Origin: Paraspadella gotoi
Lineage: Eukaryota > Animalia > Chaetognatha
NCBI GenBank assembly: GCA_051294375.1
Contig: CM119267.1
Location: 9,015,709 to 9,079,708 of the forward strand
DNA: 64,000 nucleotides
Direction of reading: 5' to 3'
Shown: piece by piece, positions 28,047 through 41,200 of the stretch
Numbering within the stretch: the stretch's first letter is position 1
Layout of the letters: each line of letters starts with the position of its first letter
Notes under the pieces: model-generated
Told to the model about the DNA's origin: nothing
Databases searched by the model: none
What the model saw: only the letters and a program-made list of their open reading frames with translations
Made by a program: the position numbers and the translations under genes

Positions 28047-28389
28047 CTATCTTACCCCTGACTTTGGACAGGCTTTGGTGGTTTAAGGCCTCCACCACTC
28101 TTACAAGATAATAACATAGCAGGTCCCTATAGCTATATAGCTATATAATGAAATACTCCTCTCATACGAAGCCCATAATTTATTTAATCATGATTCAGTT
28201 TGTAACATCAAACTCTATTAATATTTTTGATCTTAAGATAATTACCGTAAGGTGTGGTCAAGAAAAAAAAGTTAATACGGAGCAACACCTTGGAATTGTC
28301 GTTCCTTGTTTGTTTCATAAAAATCTCCCCTTAGATATTATAATTATCTTTAGAAAAAAATGTTTTATTATAGTCGTTACAAGCTGATA

Positions 28390-31300
28390 ATGTCTATCAC
28401 TTTTCAACTTCTACTTTTTTTACTGGTAAGATCCTACCAATATTCAGAACGCTGCCTAATTCGCTTAGAAGGTATGGGTGGCGCATACGGAAAGATTAAG
28501 GGTTTAAAGTGGATTGATGAAAGATCCATTATGGAATGTGCCCATGAATGCATTAAAGATGCGATCACAAATTCAAGCTGCGCGGGATTTATTATAGACA
28601 ACGACATAGGTACAGCAATTAACGATTGCTTTAACTTTCTATTATGACAGTGAGAACAGACAGTCATAAAGAAGATATTAACAAATAATAGTGACTCCCA
28701 CTAAATTTTATTTTCAATCTGAGACTAATGACAAAAATACAGATCATCAAAACAAATTTGGATGCTGGAAATCAACTTATTCGAAGTCTCGTTTGAAAGC
28801 TGAAAAAAAATGGACTGATCAGGCAAAGCGGACACAATTCTTTTCTGTTCAGTGTGGTCGAGGTACACAAATTATGTATCTAATTACGCACATATGCGTT
28901 TAAATAAATATTATTATTACATGGTCGATACATATTACATGCATACGTTCGAGACTACATACTAAGGCGTAGTAAAAATTGCAGATCAAAATTTTAATAG
29001 TTGATCAATGATCATGAACAGCTTTGTACTCAGGAAGATTGATACCCCGTGAGCCAAATCCAATAATATATATATTGGTATATATATATATATATATTGG
29101 TTGTACCAATTTCATAAAATTCCCCGATCTAATACTTAAGGGAGTGGTCTTTTCATACAATTGAAACATTCTTTGAAATATTATACCACTTCATTGATAG
29201 GGAAGCCAGGTACTCTGGGAGTGAATAAACGAGACTGTGAGAGAGTCTTGATTGAAAGCTTTCAGGGACCTGCTATGTCATTATCTTGTAAGAGTGATGG
29301 AGGCCTTAAACCACCAAAGCCTGTCCAAAGTCAGGGGCAAGATAGCTTATTTATTAAATGAATGGATAATTTTTATATTGGTTGTACCAATTTCATAAAA
29401 TAAACCACTGCCGTACTTTACTGCATTGAGATAGATTCAATAATTTTTTTTTATTTGGTAATTAAATCCTTGACGTTTTTATGTTTAAGTTATATTTAAA
29501 TAAATCATCATCAATAACATTAAATCTATTTTCCTGCAAAGGTGATAAAATCGCCAAGTTGTCGGAGAATTGTATTGGTTAAAAATCAAATTCAATGAAT
29601 AATTTTCCATTAAGTTTTTAAACCATGGTATTAGGGGGAGCCTAACTCAGTAGGGTGCTTAAGATATTTGAATTAAGCACCTGCTCAAACGAAAATTTAA
29701 ACATTTTTTTAAAAAATTGAATAGACAAACAATTTTAATATTACTCCATACTCCATATATTAATTTTTAATATTTATTTATAAATAGGAAAGGCTAAAAA
29801 TTTTTTAAAGATTTTTTTATTTTTAAGATCAGATTCAGGAAGCTTGTAAAAAGTTTTCTACACAAAGTATAATTCTTTTTTCGATATTTTGATCATAAGT
29901 GGGTAAAAAATATGAAAAACTATTTATAATCATCAATCATCATCATCTTTCGATAATTTTATTACTTTTTCCTTATTTTGACCAAGAAAACAAACATTTT
30001 TGAAAGTTATAATTCTATTTTTTATTGAACTTTTTTTGCTCTATCAGAATCCATCAAAAAAGTTAAGATTGTTTAAAAAAAATTTTTATCATTTTATTGT
30101 AATATTTAATTTTGATAGCAACAATAAAAGCATTAAAATTTGAACTTTTTTTTTTAAAATTATTTTTTTAGCCTGAAAATAGAACTTGAAGACTAAAGTT
30201 TTGAACCCTGCCCTATTGAATTTAATTTCATAGTAGATTTTTAATAGTAATTCAACTTTTTTACCCACTACAAAGCTCTGGTTAAAACTTAGCATACTGT
30301 GTTCCAGATCTGGCATAATTTCAGACCGTTTACCAGTAAAAAATAATCTGGCATATAGCATACAATCTGGCATATTCAAAATGTGAAAAAATTTTAAGGT
30401 TTTTCGATCTACAGCATTGGTCAGAGTATGAAAAACACTTCTCTGGCAATGTAAATCTGTATTAAATATGCTATTTACTTATTTTATTATTTATTTCTTT
30501 GATAACAATCATGTTAATTCCTATTACAATTATTTGAGACAGGAACGGATTGTAGCATTATACATAGCCAGAGTATTTGGTTAATCCAATTTTCCTTTGA
30601 GATGCTTGTGTAGTTCTATAAAACTAGTAATAGCATGTTAAAACAACTTTACAAGTGCAAAATACTATGGCGTCAGTTGGTTGGTTGGTCGGTTTGAAAA
30701 TTACTGCTGCAAAACACCTTTACAGGATTGACTGGTTATATGGCTCATTGCTTAAGCATTAAGCAACTTACAAAAGTCTAATTTTTTTCGTCTTTTTTTG
30801 TTTTTATCTGTCTCAATAATTTTTCATAGACTCTAATAATATCATTTCTCTTTACTCTTGTAACAGTTTTGCATTAAATTAATTAAAAGATAATGTGGCA
30901 TAATATTTAGCATAGTAAAAAAAATCTAATCATTTTTAACATAATTTAGGACGCTATCTGGCATACGTTTTTTCTGCAGAGTTTTAACCAGAGCAACAAA
31001 GTCCATAAACCTCTTGGTGCTTTGGAGGATGACATTCCAACCTTTATTGAAATAATTTTAGCAGGCTGACACAACTATGACCAAGAATTCTTATCTGTGC
31101 CAAAGGGATTATTAAAAATATGAATAATTCAATATGGGTACCCACTACCCACTGCTTTTCATTAGCCCGTCTTTCATGAAAAAACCGAAAAAGCAGGAGT
31201 GGGTTATGGTAAGACAATGATCAATTTTAAAGAATAGGTAATTTAAGCCAGATATAGTGGTCAGTGCATTTACCCTAATTTTTAAAAAAAAATAGCCTTC

Positions 31301-34049
31301 CTAAGTTTCCAAACTGTAACAAGTGAAACATCTTAATATTTTCTTGTGATAATTCATCACGGAAAAAGTATAGGAGCAGGAACCAAAGTTTTTATTAATA
31401 TTTGACTTTTATAATGATAAAATTAAAAAATCCGAATTTTTTTTGGAAAAGGTTTTTTGCTTCCTGAAGAATAATTTTTTTTAGCGATGCCAAAATTTTT
31501 GTAAAGCATTTTGAAAAAGTTTTAATCATTTTTAAACAATCATTTTTTTATCAAATAGTATCATAAATTATATATATTAGCATATTGTTTACGTATAATT
31601 AATTTTTATTTTGTATCAGTCGATTTGGCGCGCTTACGGGGTATGTAAAAAAAAATTAATTTCGTATTAACTTATATTTATTCAAATATACATAGTTTTT
31701 TACCACGGAAAATGTTAAAATTGAAATAAAAATTTTTTTTTCTTAATTTTAAAAACAGATTCGAATTCTTCATAAAAAGTTGATAAAAGATCAAAAAATT
31801 TTTCATTAAGTTAGCTAAAAATTAAAAAAAACTATTTTGTATACAAAAATTTAATTTTATCAGTTTTTTAAAATTTGTCCTATTTTATATTTTTTTTTAT
31901 TTAAAAATGATAACAGGTACAGGTCTGCTCATGATCTACAATTCGAATTTTGATTCTATTTATTTTAAAATTTTTGCTACGCTTTACTGCATACTATATG
32001 CCGTTAAAGTAGTTAAATAAATAGTTATGTTTATGGCATGTCATGGCCATGGGGCTAGATCCTCGGACTTTTGCAGGTGAGGAGACGGTGTTGCCTCTGC
32101 TACTTTTGTCGTAATATTAAGTATTATTTCTGAATTCTGATTATAAAAAATCAATAACTAATTATAAAGTGAGAAAAGGCAGTAGACGACGGTTTACCGC
32201 TGGGTCTATCGAGTCGCTCGAATTTTTCATATTCTTAGGATTCTGATCTGAATGAGCTGAATTTAAATGATTTCGAATTTTTAGTATCTGTATGCCATGG
32301 TCTTTGCAAATAATTTTTTTAGTCGGATCTGCTTATCAGCAGATCCCGACTCTATAACTCACTTTTTATAACTCACTTTTTCGGTCCGTCGGGTCCGCCC
32401 CCTCAATATTGTCGGGCACACACTTTATATCATGGTCAGAACATCGAATATGATAAATTATGCAAAAAAAATGATGTCCGTCCGTCCGTCTGTCTGTCCG
32501 TCCGTCCGTCCGTCCGTCCGTCCGTCCGTTCCGTCCGTCCGTCCGTCCGTCCGTCCCGTCCGTCCGTCCGTCCGTCCGTCCGTCCGTCCGTCCCACCTTA
32601 GCAAAAAACACCAATTACTCGTGATTGGATGGATGGATTTAAATGAAATTTTGTGTGTGGATAGGTAAGTGTGTGATTGAGCTGGATATTAAGTTTCGAT
32701 GGAATCGTCCGAGTGGAAATGAGTTTAAATGGAAAAAACAAAAAAAATATATTCACTATTTGAACACCAATTGCTCATGAGTGGATGGGCTGATTGACCT
32801 GGAATTTTGTATGTGGGTAGGAAAGTGTGTGATTGAACAGGAATCAAGTTTCGATGGAATAGTTTGAGTGAAATGAGTTTAAATGGAAAAAAAACAAAAA
32901 ACCTGTTTTACTAATTGATTATGCTTCTTTTTCCTTTTATATTAATGTATCTGCAGGATGTATTAATAAATCAAATAATTAATCAGTTAATTAATCAATT
33001 AGTAAATAAAATTAATCAATAATTAATTAATTAGTCAATCAATCCGTCCATCCGTCCCATCTTAGCAAAAAGCTCCAATAACTCGTGATTGGCTGGTTGC
33101 GATTGGAATTAAATTTTGTGTGTGGGTAGGAAAGTGTGTGATAAAGCTGGATATAAAATTTCGATGGAATCGTGTGAGTGGAAATTAGTTTAAATGGAAA
33201 AAACATAAGTCGTAATTTACTAAAATCTTTTTACTTATTTTAACCAATAAATACTCTAATTAATCATAATTGGATGGATAGATTGAGTTGAAATTTTGTG
33301 TGTGGTAGGAAAACGTATGACGAAAGCTTGATATAAAGTTTCAGTGGAAACGTACCAGTGGAAATGAGTTTAAATGAAAAAAATATGAGTCACATTTACT
33401 TGAATCTTTTTATTTCATTTTAACCCATGATAGATTGAGATGAATTTTGTGCAGCCGGTAGGAAAGTGAGTGAAGAAGCTAGATATAAAGTTTTGACGGA
33501 ATGCAAGTTGAAAAAATTATGCAAGTTGAAAAAATGATGCAAGTTAAAAAAATCTTAAAAACATAAGGATCGTCGCTATTGTATAAAAGAGAGAGAGAGA
33601 GAGAGAGAAAAGAGAGAGTGAGAGAGAGAGAGAGTGAGAGAGAAAGAGAGAGAGTGAGAGAGAGAGAGAGAGAGAAGGAGACATAAAATAAAAAATCTTA
33701 AAAGACTCAAGATCGAGCCAGAGCCCACTATCATAGGAAAATTAATGAAAAAAACCGGGAAAAAAACGAATGAATCATGCGATAACGAATTGTTGATGTA
33801 CTAGTAATTGATTGAGGTAATACTAATTGATTGATGTAATAGTAATTTATTGATGTAATAGGAATTGATTATTGATTCGATGATAATCAATTATTGATGC
33901 GATGATAGTCATTCACTGCTGTGATGCATAGTCATTCATTGATGCGCATGATTGTCATTCATTGATGCGATGATTGTCATTCATTGATGCGATGATAGTC
34001 AATAAAACAAACAAATGCGTGTATGAGTGAAAGAGAGAGAGAGAGAGAG

Positions 34050-34090
<41 letters not shown>

Positions 34091-34100
34091 AGAGAGAGAA

Positions 34101-34146
<46 letters not shown>

Positions 34147-35779
34147 AAGAAAGAGAATAAATCCACGAAAATCACGGATGAAAATATGGGATTTTGTATT
34201 GAAAAAAAGCGCGGAATAAATGGCAATAATAAAAAGTTTTTAGAAGGAAAAAAATAATCAAAATTTTTCAAAAAAACAAACGATCACGCAAAAGATCGGA
34301 CAGATAGGGACAGACACACACAGAGAGACAGAGAGACAAGAGAGAGAGAGAGAAAAAGAGAGAGAAAGAGAGACAGCCGCTGCAGAGAAAAAGAGAAAGA
34401 GAAAGAGCGATATATAATAATTAAAAGAGAGAGAGAGAGAGAAGCTCTACAGCCCCTTTACTCGTTAAAGAATCAGTAGTACTTATGGCGCCGCACGTAG
34501 CGTGAGCTATTCTCTACCCAAAGGACCCGGGTTTCGCGCCCTGTTCGCGGCATCGTTTTTTACATTAGTGAACCCACATTATATCTAAAAATTTTTTTGT
34601 AAAAAAAGAGAGGAGAGAGAGAGAGAGAGAGAGAAAGAAGCTGGACAGACGCTGCAGAGCCGGAACTCGTTTTTAGAAGAAGCAGTGACGGAGAAAAAGA
34701 GAGAGAGAGAGAGCGACATATAATTAAAACGTTTTTGTTTTGTAAATAAAAATAACAATATACCAATATTGATATGAAACATGAAGAATTTTAAAGATCT
34801 TGATGATTAGAAGCCATATATGAAAATTCAACTCCCTATGATATCACACTTTCAGAAGCCATGATTGCAAAAAAAGCGAGACCGAAAGCTAAACCGAAAA
34901 AAATCTAGACAGGACGGGCTTTGCCCGCCTGGCTCGATAATAGAGGATATTTGTTTGTTTTGATAAAATGTAAACAAAACATTTAATAACTGTCCTGACT
35001 CAATTTTAAGGACATCGATGATGACAAGCTGAATATAAATTATAATTAATATATTAATTAATTAATTAATCTATTAATTAATTAATCTATTAATTAATTA
35101 ATTAATTAATCAATTAATTAATTAATTATCGTAGACAGATCCGACATTGTTTGCTCAAACTTGTTTTTAAATTAAGCGAACGAAACGGAGAAGAAAATAC
35201 CGTCAAAAGAAGACGTCGGTTTGCTCATTTTGGGGGTGGAACCCGTATCTTTAGCAAAAATACATAGGCATGCCGACGACCACGCCGATAAGGAGAGACA
35301 ATCGCCTGGTTCATTCAAGCTTAAGTCTCACAAAGAGAAAAACTTTAAACTGGCTTCGGTTGAACAGACGAATAACCCGCAAGCAAAAAAAATTGTTCCC
35401 GATACCAAGTACACCAAGTGGAAAATTTTAAATGACACTTAATATAAAATTGGAATGGAGGCCTTAACCCACCATAGTCTGTCCAAAGTTAGTGACAACA
35501 TTTTCTTTGATAGTAACGTTTGGCGATATCACAAGATTTTTATCCTAACATCCTAACAGTAACAAGCGCTTTCTTTGCTTACATTTATCGATATTTTGTA
35601 TTTCTGTACATTATATTTATAATTTCTTTACTTTTCTCATTAACTATAGAGAAACGGGATCAAAAATCACTGCGATGGCAAACGTCAGTATTGGAAGAGA
35701 TCTGTTACCGGGCACCGGATTTGATATTGAAGACAACTGGCCTCAGCTGTCCCAAATTAATTTATTCCAAGACGCTTAA
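28390..35779 (+). CDS. Small secreted protein with PAN/apple-like Cys domain; 3' exons tentative
   Basis: Exon 28390-28609 (signal peptide MSITFQLLLFLLV; C...SIMECAHECIKD...CAGF) and 28743-28862 (GCWKS...SVQC). Phase-compatible continuation either 35176-35418 plus 35650-35779, or a short terminal exon 29542-29582. Confidence 0.55.
29222..29395 (+). mobile_element. Repeat B, full-length copy with TGAA...TTCA ends
   Basis: Reverse-complement match to 18372-18545; its 3' end motif is also repeated at 29094-29120. Confidence 0.7.
29790..30110 (+). repeat. Dispersed AT-rich repeat, second copy at ~50690-51130
   Basis: Shared cagattcag...ctacacaaagtataattctttttt...catcatcatc...ctctatcagaatc. Confidence 0.7.
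30276..30993. mobile_element. Non-autonomous DNA transposon (MITE) with 14-bp TIRs and 8-bp TSD
   Basis: TIR ctctggttaaaact / agttttaaccagag; flanks ctacaaag / caacaaag (7/8); repeated subterminal motif atctggcata. Confidence 0.75.
32409..35166 (+). mobile_element. Expanded HINE/DINE-1-like element with internal tandem repeats and microsatellites
   Basis: 5' ttgtcgggca, (GTCC)n 32476-32592, about five ~130-bp diverged repeats 32630-33500, 18- and 22-bp minisatellites 33790-34000, (AG)n tracts, 3' gatccgacattgtttgctcaaacttgtttt. Confidence 0.6.
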
Positions 35780-38292
35780 TGATTTAATTTGTTTACCATT
35801 CATTCAGCTAACGTTTGAATTGATTACAAATAGAATTTGGATATCGTCTCAAAAAATCTAGTACATAAAATAATATTTAGTTTACTAGGTTCCGCCTACA
35901 AACGTCGCATTTAGCAAAAAATCAACTCTTTCCAATCTTGTTCAGTTGTTACTAATAATATTAATTTGATTTCTACCACAATACAAATTGGGCTGAACTA
36001 AGGATTGGTTGATAAGTTAAAAAGTGTTATTTTCAGTTTTTATTATAATTTGTTAAACGAAAATAATGCAAATTTGTTTAACAGAAAATATAGGCTTTTA
36101 ACATTTATAAAATTATCCAAAAAACTTTTTTGGTTTAGCCACAAATAATTTTTAAAAACATCTTTTAATTTGTGACTTTTTGTAACTTGCATTTATTTTT
36201 TTTTATAATGAATGATTTTTATCGATTTAGTTTAATATAAATAAAGAAAATAAGTGAGAGGAAAGAAGAAAGGGAGAAGAAGAAAAGGAGAAGGGGGAGA
36301 AGGGGAAGACGAGAGAGAATGAGGTAAAAAATGAAAAAGAGAAGGCAAAGTGGTAAAAGTAAAGAGATAAAGGTAAAGTGGGAAAGGGAGGGGAATTGAA
36401 ATAAAAAAAGGGGAAAGAAAACGAAGGAGAGAATAAGAGAAAAAAAAAATAAAGAAAATAGAAGAAAATCAGGGAAAGGTAGAGGGTAAAAAAATGGAAA
36501 GTGAAGATGTGAGATGAAAGGGAGGAAAGAGGGTTAGAAAAAATAAAAAGCTGTGAAGAAGAAAGGTAACTAGAAAGAATAATAGAGGATATGAGAGAAA
36601 AAAAAGGTAACAGATATTGTGGTGTCTTGTCTGAATAGTCTTTCACCAATTGACCATTTCACTTCTTTTCACAACTGATCTGTCCTCAACTTAAACTGTC
36701 CTTACCTTTCAACCATTATCTCTGTGTTGAAAACCTTTGCCCTCTCACTTTCCCTTCTTCTACACAATTTTATAAACTGTTTTTCACAACTGTTAACGCC
36801 GATGAAGATTCGAAACAAGAGTGGAAACATGCTCGTTTTTAATAAAAACAAATTCATTGAAGCAAATTTTAAACTATTTCTTAATCTCTGTACTCAATGA
36901 AACAGAAAAGAATAATACAATAGTAAAAACACAAAAATTATTATAGGGAATTCGATCTTTAAAAGTTTTCTGTACCGTGAAAATTCATAAATAATTTTTT
37001 TTAAACTAAAGCAGTTAATGAGATTAGATTGATAAGCATTAAAGAAATCATGTCTTACCGTATTTTTAACTAATAGAATTTTACCTGGGAAGTATTATGT
37101 CATAAAAGGAAGATAATTATAGCCTACCGTTTTTTTAAATGAATAAAGTTTTATACTAGTCAATGTCAATGAGATTGTTAGATCCAAAGACTCGTGAATC
37201 GTGATATCCGAGTTCGAGCTTTACTTCGGCAAGGATTTATCGTTTGGATCATTTCGTCATTCGTGCTTTAGTTTATTCATTGGTTTTTGAGTTTATACTG
37301 ATTTTTGTAATTCTTTTGAGTGTTTAAATAATAATTTTGATAATTATTTTTATTGTACTGTTTGAATATCTATATGCTTTGATTATTTTATTAAGGTACC
37401 CTTTTTGAACTCTTCATAAAGTCAGAGAAATAAAGAGACTATTTGATCGTCGATCTGCTCAAGCTACCAAATCATGCCTTTGAAGAATCTCTGGACTGCC
37501 GAAGCATCTCGCAGGGGTTGGGAAGTTTCCTCAAATATTCTTCGAATATTCTCGAGGGCGTTTTAGGAGGAGGACGGACCGGCGGGTCCTAACAAGATTA
37601 TCGGAGATGATCGTAAATTAAGTTCAGATTCCATTGTCTAAAAGAGTTTGATTGTAGGCGGAACCACTAGTATCTGCGTATCTCGTTACCCACCCAGCAG
37701 ATTCGGCGTTGTTCTTTTCTTTCGTCACCGACGCGACGCCCCCTTTCCAAAACTTCTCATAACATTGACGATAAAGAAAACATTTTTTTTCCCTTCGCCC
37801 GAAATTTCTGGATTATGACCTCATGTGTCTGTTAAATAGCCAAAAACAAAGATTTTACGCCTCGGTTGTTTATTATTGCATAATTATTGTATTACTACCA
37901 TTCCGTTTACGTTTTTAAAGAAACGTAGTTCCGGATTGGCGACACCCTTTCTTTTGCCTTCGCGTTGGTTGTACAATTTCATGTTACTTTCATATATGAT
38001 GAAAAGAAAATTACAGCAGTAAGACTTCATTTTTGTTGTTGTTTTATATTTAGTGAGCTTCATGATATCATTTATTCATAATGGTATTTATTGCTGGGTT
38101 TATTTTCTTTCAGATATTGGCCAGATTGGTTTTGATTGCTAATCGCGTCAGTGATCTACTGAAAACCTACATGTTTTTGTAGCCTAACTGCAACAATCAA
38201 AGTATTATCGTGTAATTTTCTATCTTTTTAACTCACGTGCCTTATTCTATGTCTACAATGATTTATTGGCTTTTTTGATTGAATGTATCAAA

Positions 38293-41200
38293 ATGGGGTT
38301 TCCGTTTTTGCGAGAAAAGGAAAAGCCAGAAGAGATTGAAAGAAGAATTTATGCGAACGACCCAGAAAGGAATGCAACTTATCAATATGCTAATAATTTT
38401 ATCAGTACTTCAAAGTATACGTGGTTTACTTATCTTCCAAAAAACCTTTTTGAACAGTTTCAAAGATTAGCCAACTTTTATTTTTTATGTTTAGCAATCC
38501 TACAGTTTATGCCAGTAATTAGTTCATTAACACCTATAACAACTGTACTACCACTTATTTTTGTTCTGGTGGTGTCTGGTTTAAAAGATCTTATCGATGA
38601 TTATTACCGTCATCAAAGCGACAATACTGTGAATTCGCGTTCTAGCAGCCTCTTGGCCAGGGATGTGATGAGTAGTGAAATCAAGAAAGAGAGATGGGAA
38701 AACGTACAAGTTGGTGATATTATTCTAATGGAAAATGGAGAATTCATTGCTGCTGATTTGTTACTACTTTCAACAAGCGATGAAAATGGTCTATGCTATA
38801 TAGAAACAGCCGAGCTTGATGGTGAAACGAATCTCAAAGTTCGCCAAGCTCTTCCAGAGACAGCAGAATTAAAAGATGATCTTCGTAAGATGTCTGAATT
38901 CAAAGCAGAACTAATTTGTGAACCACCAAACAACAGATTATCAAAATTTGAAGGAACGCTTAATTGGAATAATAAAAGATTTGCTCTCAATAACGACAAA
39001 ATTTTACTACGAGGGTGTGTTTTGCGTAATACAGAGTGGGCTTTTGGATTAGTTGTTTTCGCTGGCAAGGATACAAAATTAATGATGAACAGTGGAAAAG
39101 CCATATTTAAACGTACATCAATTGATAAGCTCATGAATTTTTTGATTATTGGTATATTTCTATTTTTGGTATGTGTCTGCCTTTTGGCCGCTATTGCTTG
39201 CAGCGCTTGGGAATATTTTGTAGGATTTAAGTCGCGAGTATACCTTCCCGATTTGAGTAGTATTCTACCTGAAGGTCGAGAAATTTCATCACTCTCAATT
39301 GGGGGATTATATTTTTTTTCTTATGTAATTATTCTCAACACAGTTGTGCCTATTTCACTGTACGTCAGTGTCGAGGTGATCCGTTGGACACATAGCATGT
39401 GGATAAATTGGGATGCAAAGATGTGGTACAAAGTAAAAGGGAAAGACGGTTATGCACGTGCGAGAACTACCACGCTTAACGAGGAACTTGGTCAAATTGA
39501 ATATGTTTTTTCTGATAAAACTGGAACATTAACGCAAAACATTATGACTTTCAACAAATGCTCCATCAATGGAATCTTTTATGGAGATTGTTTTGATAAA
39601 GATAATAACGCTATTGATCCTTCACCTCTCACACCATCCGTTGATTTTAGTAATAACCCGTATTTCGAGAAATCGTTTAAATTTTATGATCCTACTTTAC
39701 TAGAAAAATCCAAGCAAAAAGACGAGCACGTCTGCCTCTTTTTCCGCGTATTAGCCTTATGTCACACTGTAATGCCTGCTGAAAATGATGAAGGCAGTCT
39801 TATCTATGAAGCACAATCACCTGACGAAGCTGCTTTGGTTTCTGCAGCTCGTAACTTTTCCTTCGTTTTTAAGTCAAGAACACCGAAGTCTATCTCAAGC
39901 ATTGAAAACAAAAAAGTAGAAGTTTATGAATTGCTTCATATTTTAGATTTTAATAATGTAAGAAAGCGTATGTCCGTTATTGTGAAGAAAAATGGTATCA
40001 TCACCCTATATTGCAAAGGGGCAGACAATATGATATTTGAACGATTAAATGACGATTCAACACCATTGAAAGAAATTACAACTGAACATTTGACTAGATG
40101 CGCTTCTGAGGGATTAAGAACGTTATGCCTGTCGTACCGCCATTTACCGGAAGATATTTTCAAAAAGTGGGAGCGGAAATGGCTAGAGGCCTCAACGGCA
40201 ATGGAAAACCGCGATGATAAAATGCATGAAGCAATGGAGGAAATAGAAGTTGAGATGACTTTAATCGGCGCGACTGCCATTGAAGATAAGTTGCAAGATT
40301 ACGTACCAGAAACTATTGCCAACCTTGCCCGTGCGGAAATGAAAATTTGGGTACTCACGGGAGATAAACTCGAAACGGCGTTGAATATTGGATACTCCTG
40401 TCGGTTACTGACAGATGAAATGGCAGAAGTTTTTATTATTGAAGGAGAGGATAAAACATCTGTTAGAGAGTCCTTGGTGCAAGCTAAGAAAAGAATGGGA
40501 TTGAAAAGTAAAGGAAATAACCATTTTCCAACTTCTAGCTCAAGGGCAGATTTAATAAGCCATAACCAACTTCTTGATTCACCAGTCTCTGATGAAAACA
40601 ATCACAACATGCTTGATGGTGATGTCTCGAAACATAACCGGATCTTCAACCCTGATGGATTAGGTTATGCATTAGTTATTAACGGAAATAGTTTGGCATT
40701 TGCTCTTCAAGAAGATATGGAAAAGCTATTGTTTGAAACTGCTACTAATTGCGTTGCAGTGATATGTTGTCGTGTTACTCCACTTCAAAAAGCTCTGGTG
40801 GTACAAATGGTAAAAAATCGCAAGTCGGCTATAACATTAGCCATTGGTGATGGAGCTAATGATGTTTCCATGATTAGAGCAGCCCACATTGGTGTTGGTA
40901 TCTCAGGACAAGAAGGTCTGCAAGCTGTTATGGCCTCTGACTTTTCCATTGCCCAATTTCGTTATCTTGAACGTCTCTTACTTGTACATGGACGTTGGTC
41001 TTACGTTCGAATGTGTAAATTTCTTAAATATTTCTTCTATAAGAATTTTGCATTTACCCTCGCTCATTTTTGGTTTGCTTTTTTCTGTGGATTTTCTGCA
41101 CAAACTGTGTACGATCAGTTAATGTTCATTGCGCTATTCAATCTTGTATACACATCGATGCCCATTTTAATGCTGGCATGTTTTGAGCAGGATGTTGATG

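Noticed and set aside
31185-31235. Walker A-like AGVGYGKT
   Set aside because: No surrounding ORF; lies in one arm of a short imperfect hairpin; likely chance
32630-33500. Spaced direct repeats resembling a CRISPR array
   Set aside because: Units are ~130 bp, diverged, without unique spacers or cas genes; they are internal repeats of a eukaryotic element
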